DNA of 64,000 nucleotides from Thermodesulfovibrionales bacterium (lineage in GTDB: Bacteria; Nitrospirota; Thermodesulfovibrionia; Thermodesulfovibrionales; SM23-35): contig CAVQRT010000007.1 in the NCBI GenBank assembly GCA_963715195.1, positions 379,657 through 443,656 on the forward strand. The letters run 5' to 3'. The number at the start of each line of letters is the position of its first letter. Positions within the stretch are counted from its first letter, which is position 1. This document shows, piece by piece, positions 62,457-64,000 of this stretch. The position numbers and the translations under genes are program-made. The notes beneath the pieces are model-generated. The model saw only the letters and a program-made list of their open reading frames with translations. It ran no database searches and was not told where the DNA came from.

Positions 62457-63951
62457 TTACTTGCCTCTTTCTACTTCATCCTTTGCTGTACGGGAAAGTT
62501 TCACCAGCTCCCAGTATGGAGGAGCGTACCCGTGATCTGCCTTGAACTGATCGGCCTTGAGAGAAAGCCGTTCCGAGATGGCTTTGTGTCGTTTATCATA
62601 ATATTGTGAACGCAATGCCGCGGTCGCAGACATGCCTTCCGGGATTAGCCCCGGTCTACCGAAAAGATTCATGACAGCACTAAAGGCCTTTACCACGCGC
62701 GCCAGGGGAAGAAGATACCACTGATAGGAAAGCTCATCTCCTTCCTCGGCACCTTCCAGCATAACTTCTGTAACCGCATTATCCATGCGGTCTTTTCGCA
62801 GAGTTTCCGGGTCGCGCCACTCTGCGACAACGATCAATTGAGGATCGTACTCAAGGTCGGATGGTTCCTGCGTCTCAAAATGCCTGACTCCGAATCCGGC
62901 AAGCCATTTCCTGAGACCGGAGGAAGAAATATGAGAGATACCTGACCATAGGTTAATACCAAATTTCTCATATGCCTCAGAAGCCACTTCCGAGCAGAAG
63001 AGTTTTGTATGGTCTTTATAATCCATCGCAAAATCATACGGGATATGTCCTTCCTTTGCCCGTTTATAAGCGAACTCTGCTGCCTTGTGCGGGAGCATCG
63101 GGTCATTCACAATTTGAGGGAGGTCTGCCCTGGGGCGCAGGAGCATTACGCGCAATTTCTCATCCTTCAGATACTGCTCAACCGTTGACACTACAACGCC
63201 GATTTCGATATGCGACTCAACAATTTTCGCCTCATGCGCTCCAGGATCGACGTAAACGAATGCAATGTGGGAGAAATTCCCGGGATAGTCGTTCCCTCGT
63301 GCGATAAGTGCAGATGTAGGAGCTCCGCCCCTTGAAACGAGGATGTCACCACTATGAATCAGTACATTTCCGATTTCACTTGACGGCGTTTGAGACGGTT
63401 CATCCGTCCCTCTGATCAGTCCGGGCAATGAACCGGCAGGGGCCTGCGACATAATCTCCTCGGCGGCAGTGCGCCCTCCATAAAGCAGCCTGTAGAGCGC
63501 AATCCTCGCCGCATCGGAATTCATGTCCCAGTGCTCCGACTGATCTTTAACGAACCCTCGAAGATCTGTTATGAATTGGACATACTGTGCCGCATTCGTT
63601 TCACAGCCGGCGACATCCGGGGCAATTGCGAACATCTTCTGTTCAAGACGGCTGAATTCTGGCGAGTCCGGCTGAAGCTTTTTTTGTGCAATCTGCCCAA
63701 GAAGAATGTATGTCTCTTCTATTTGTGATGCAATTACCGTTTCGCTGTTTTGACATCCGCCTATCCGGGCATCCTTGTACTTTGCCTCTAAGGAATTCCA
63801 GTAATCATCCTGATTCCATGCAAAGGGTTGTTTTTGGGAAGCAACCGACGTTGAGACTTCGTGAGAGACATCATGCTCGGGGATGAGCAACAGTGCATAA
63901 ACGATAATTATCACAGCCAGAAGAGCTACGATGAGTTTCTTTTTTTTTCAT
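62457..63951 (-). CDS. YiiX/YebB-like permuted NlpC/P60 hydrolase
   Basis: GDILVSRG, FSHIA, YDF, LFCSE (His before Cys). Likely ATG 63951 is out of frame by one base in an A9 run. Confidence 0.82.
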
Positions 63952-64000
63952 ACCTATATCCAATATATAAAGCCTTTTATTCTCCACCTCATCATTACGA

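Overview
Bacterial chromosomal window in two clearly different halves. The protein style suggests an anaerobic Nitrospirota/Desulfobacterota-like organism; that is an impression, not a tested placement. Bases 1 to ~37,200 are an intact, densely packed core: tyrS, a divergent CysRS paralog, a HEAT-repeat/HD-GYP pair, rplU-rpmA-obgE, rplI-dnaB, a TetR-led TolC/RND/EmrAB efflux operon, scpB, LysM-NlpC/P60, moeA, galT-glgA-two-component genes, RNase Z, fabF, an exonuclease and PilZ. Bases ~37,400-60,360 form a visibly AT-richer island of ~23 kb, bounded by an intact tRNA-Leu(TAG) and a duplicated 3' half of it. The island carries cspA, a variant c-di-GMP-II-type riboswitch before a Cys/Asp-repeat secreted protein, an NTase-TPM-LemA operon, a PhnD-like/HK/NarL-type module with visible operators and small secreted targets, a TraT pseudogene, tRNA-Arg(CCT), an L,D-transpeptidase/Lpp-like cluster ending in a 59-bp attC-like site, an asparaginase and two methyltransferases. 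Many genes from ~43 kb onward carry 1-nt indels (decay or assembly error). Best leads: the riboswitch variant, the CysRS paralog with an altered Zn site, the attC-terminated cell-envelope cluster, the N-terminal domain shared by the HEAT and HD-GYP proteins, and an ArfA-like small ORF. All calls are by eye; no searches were run.
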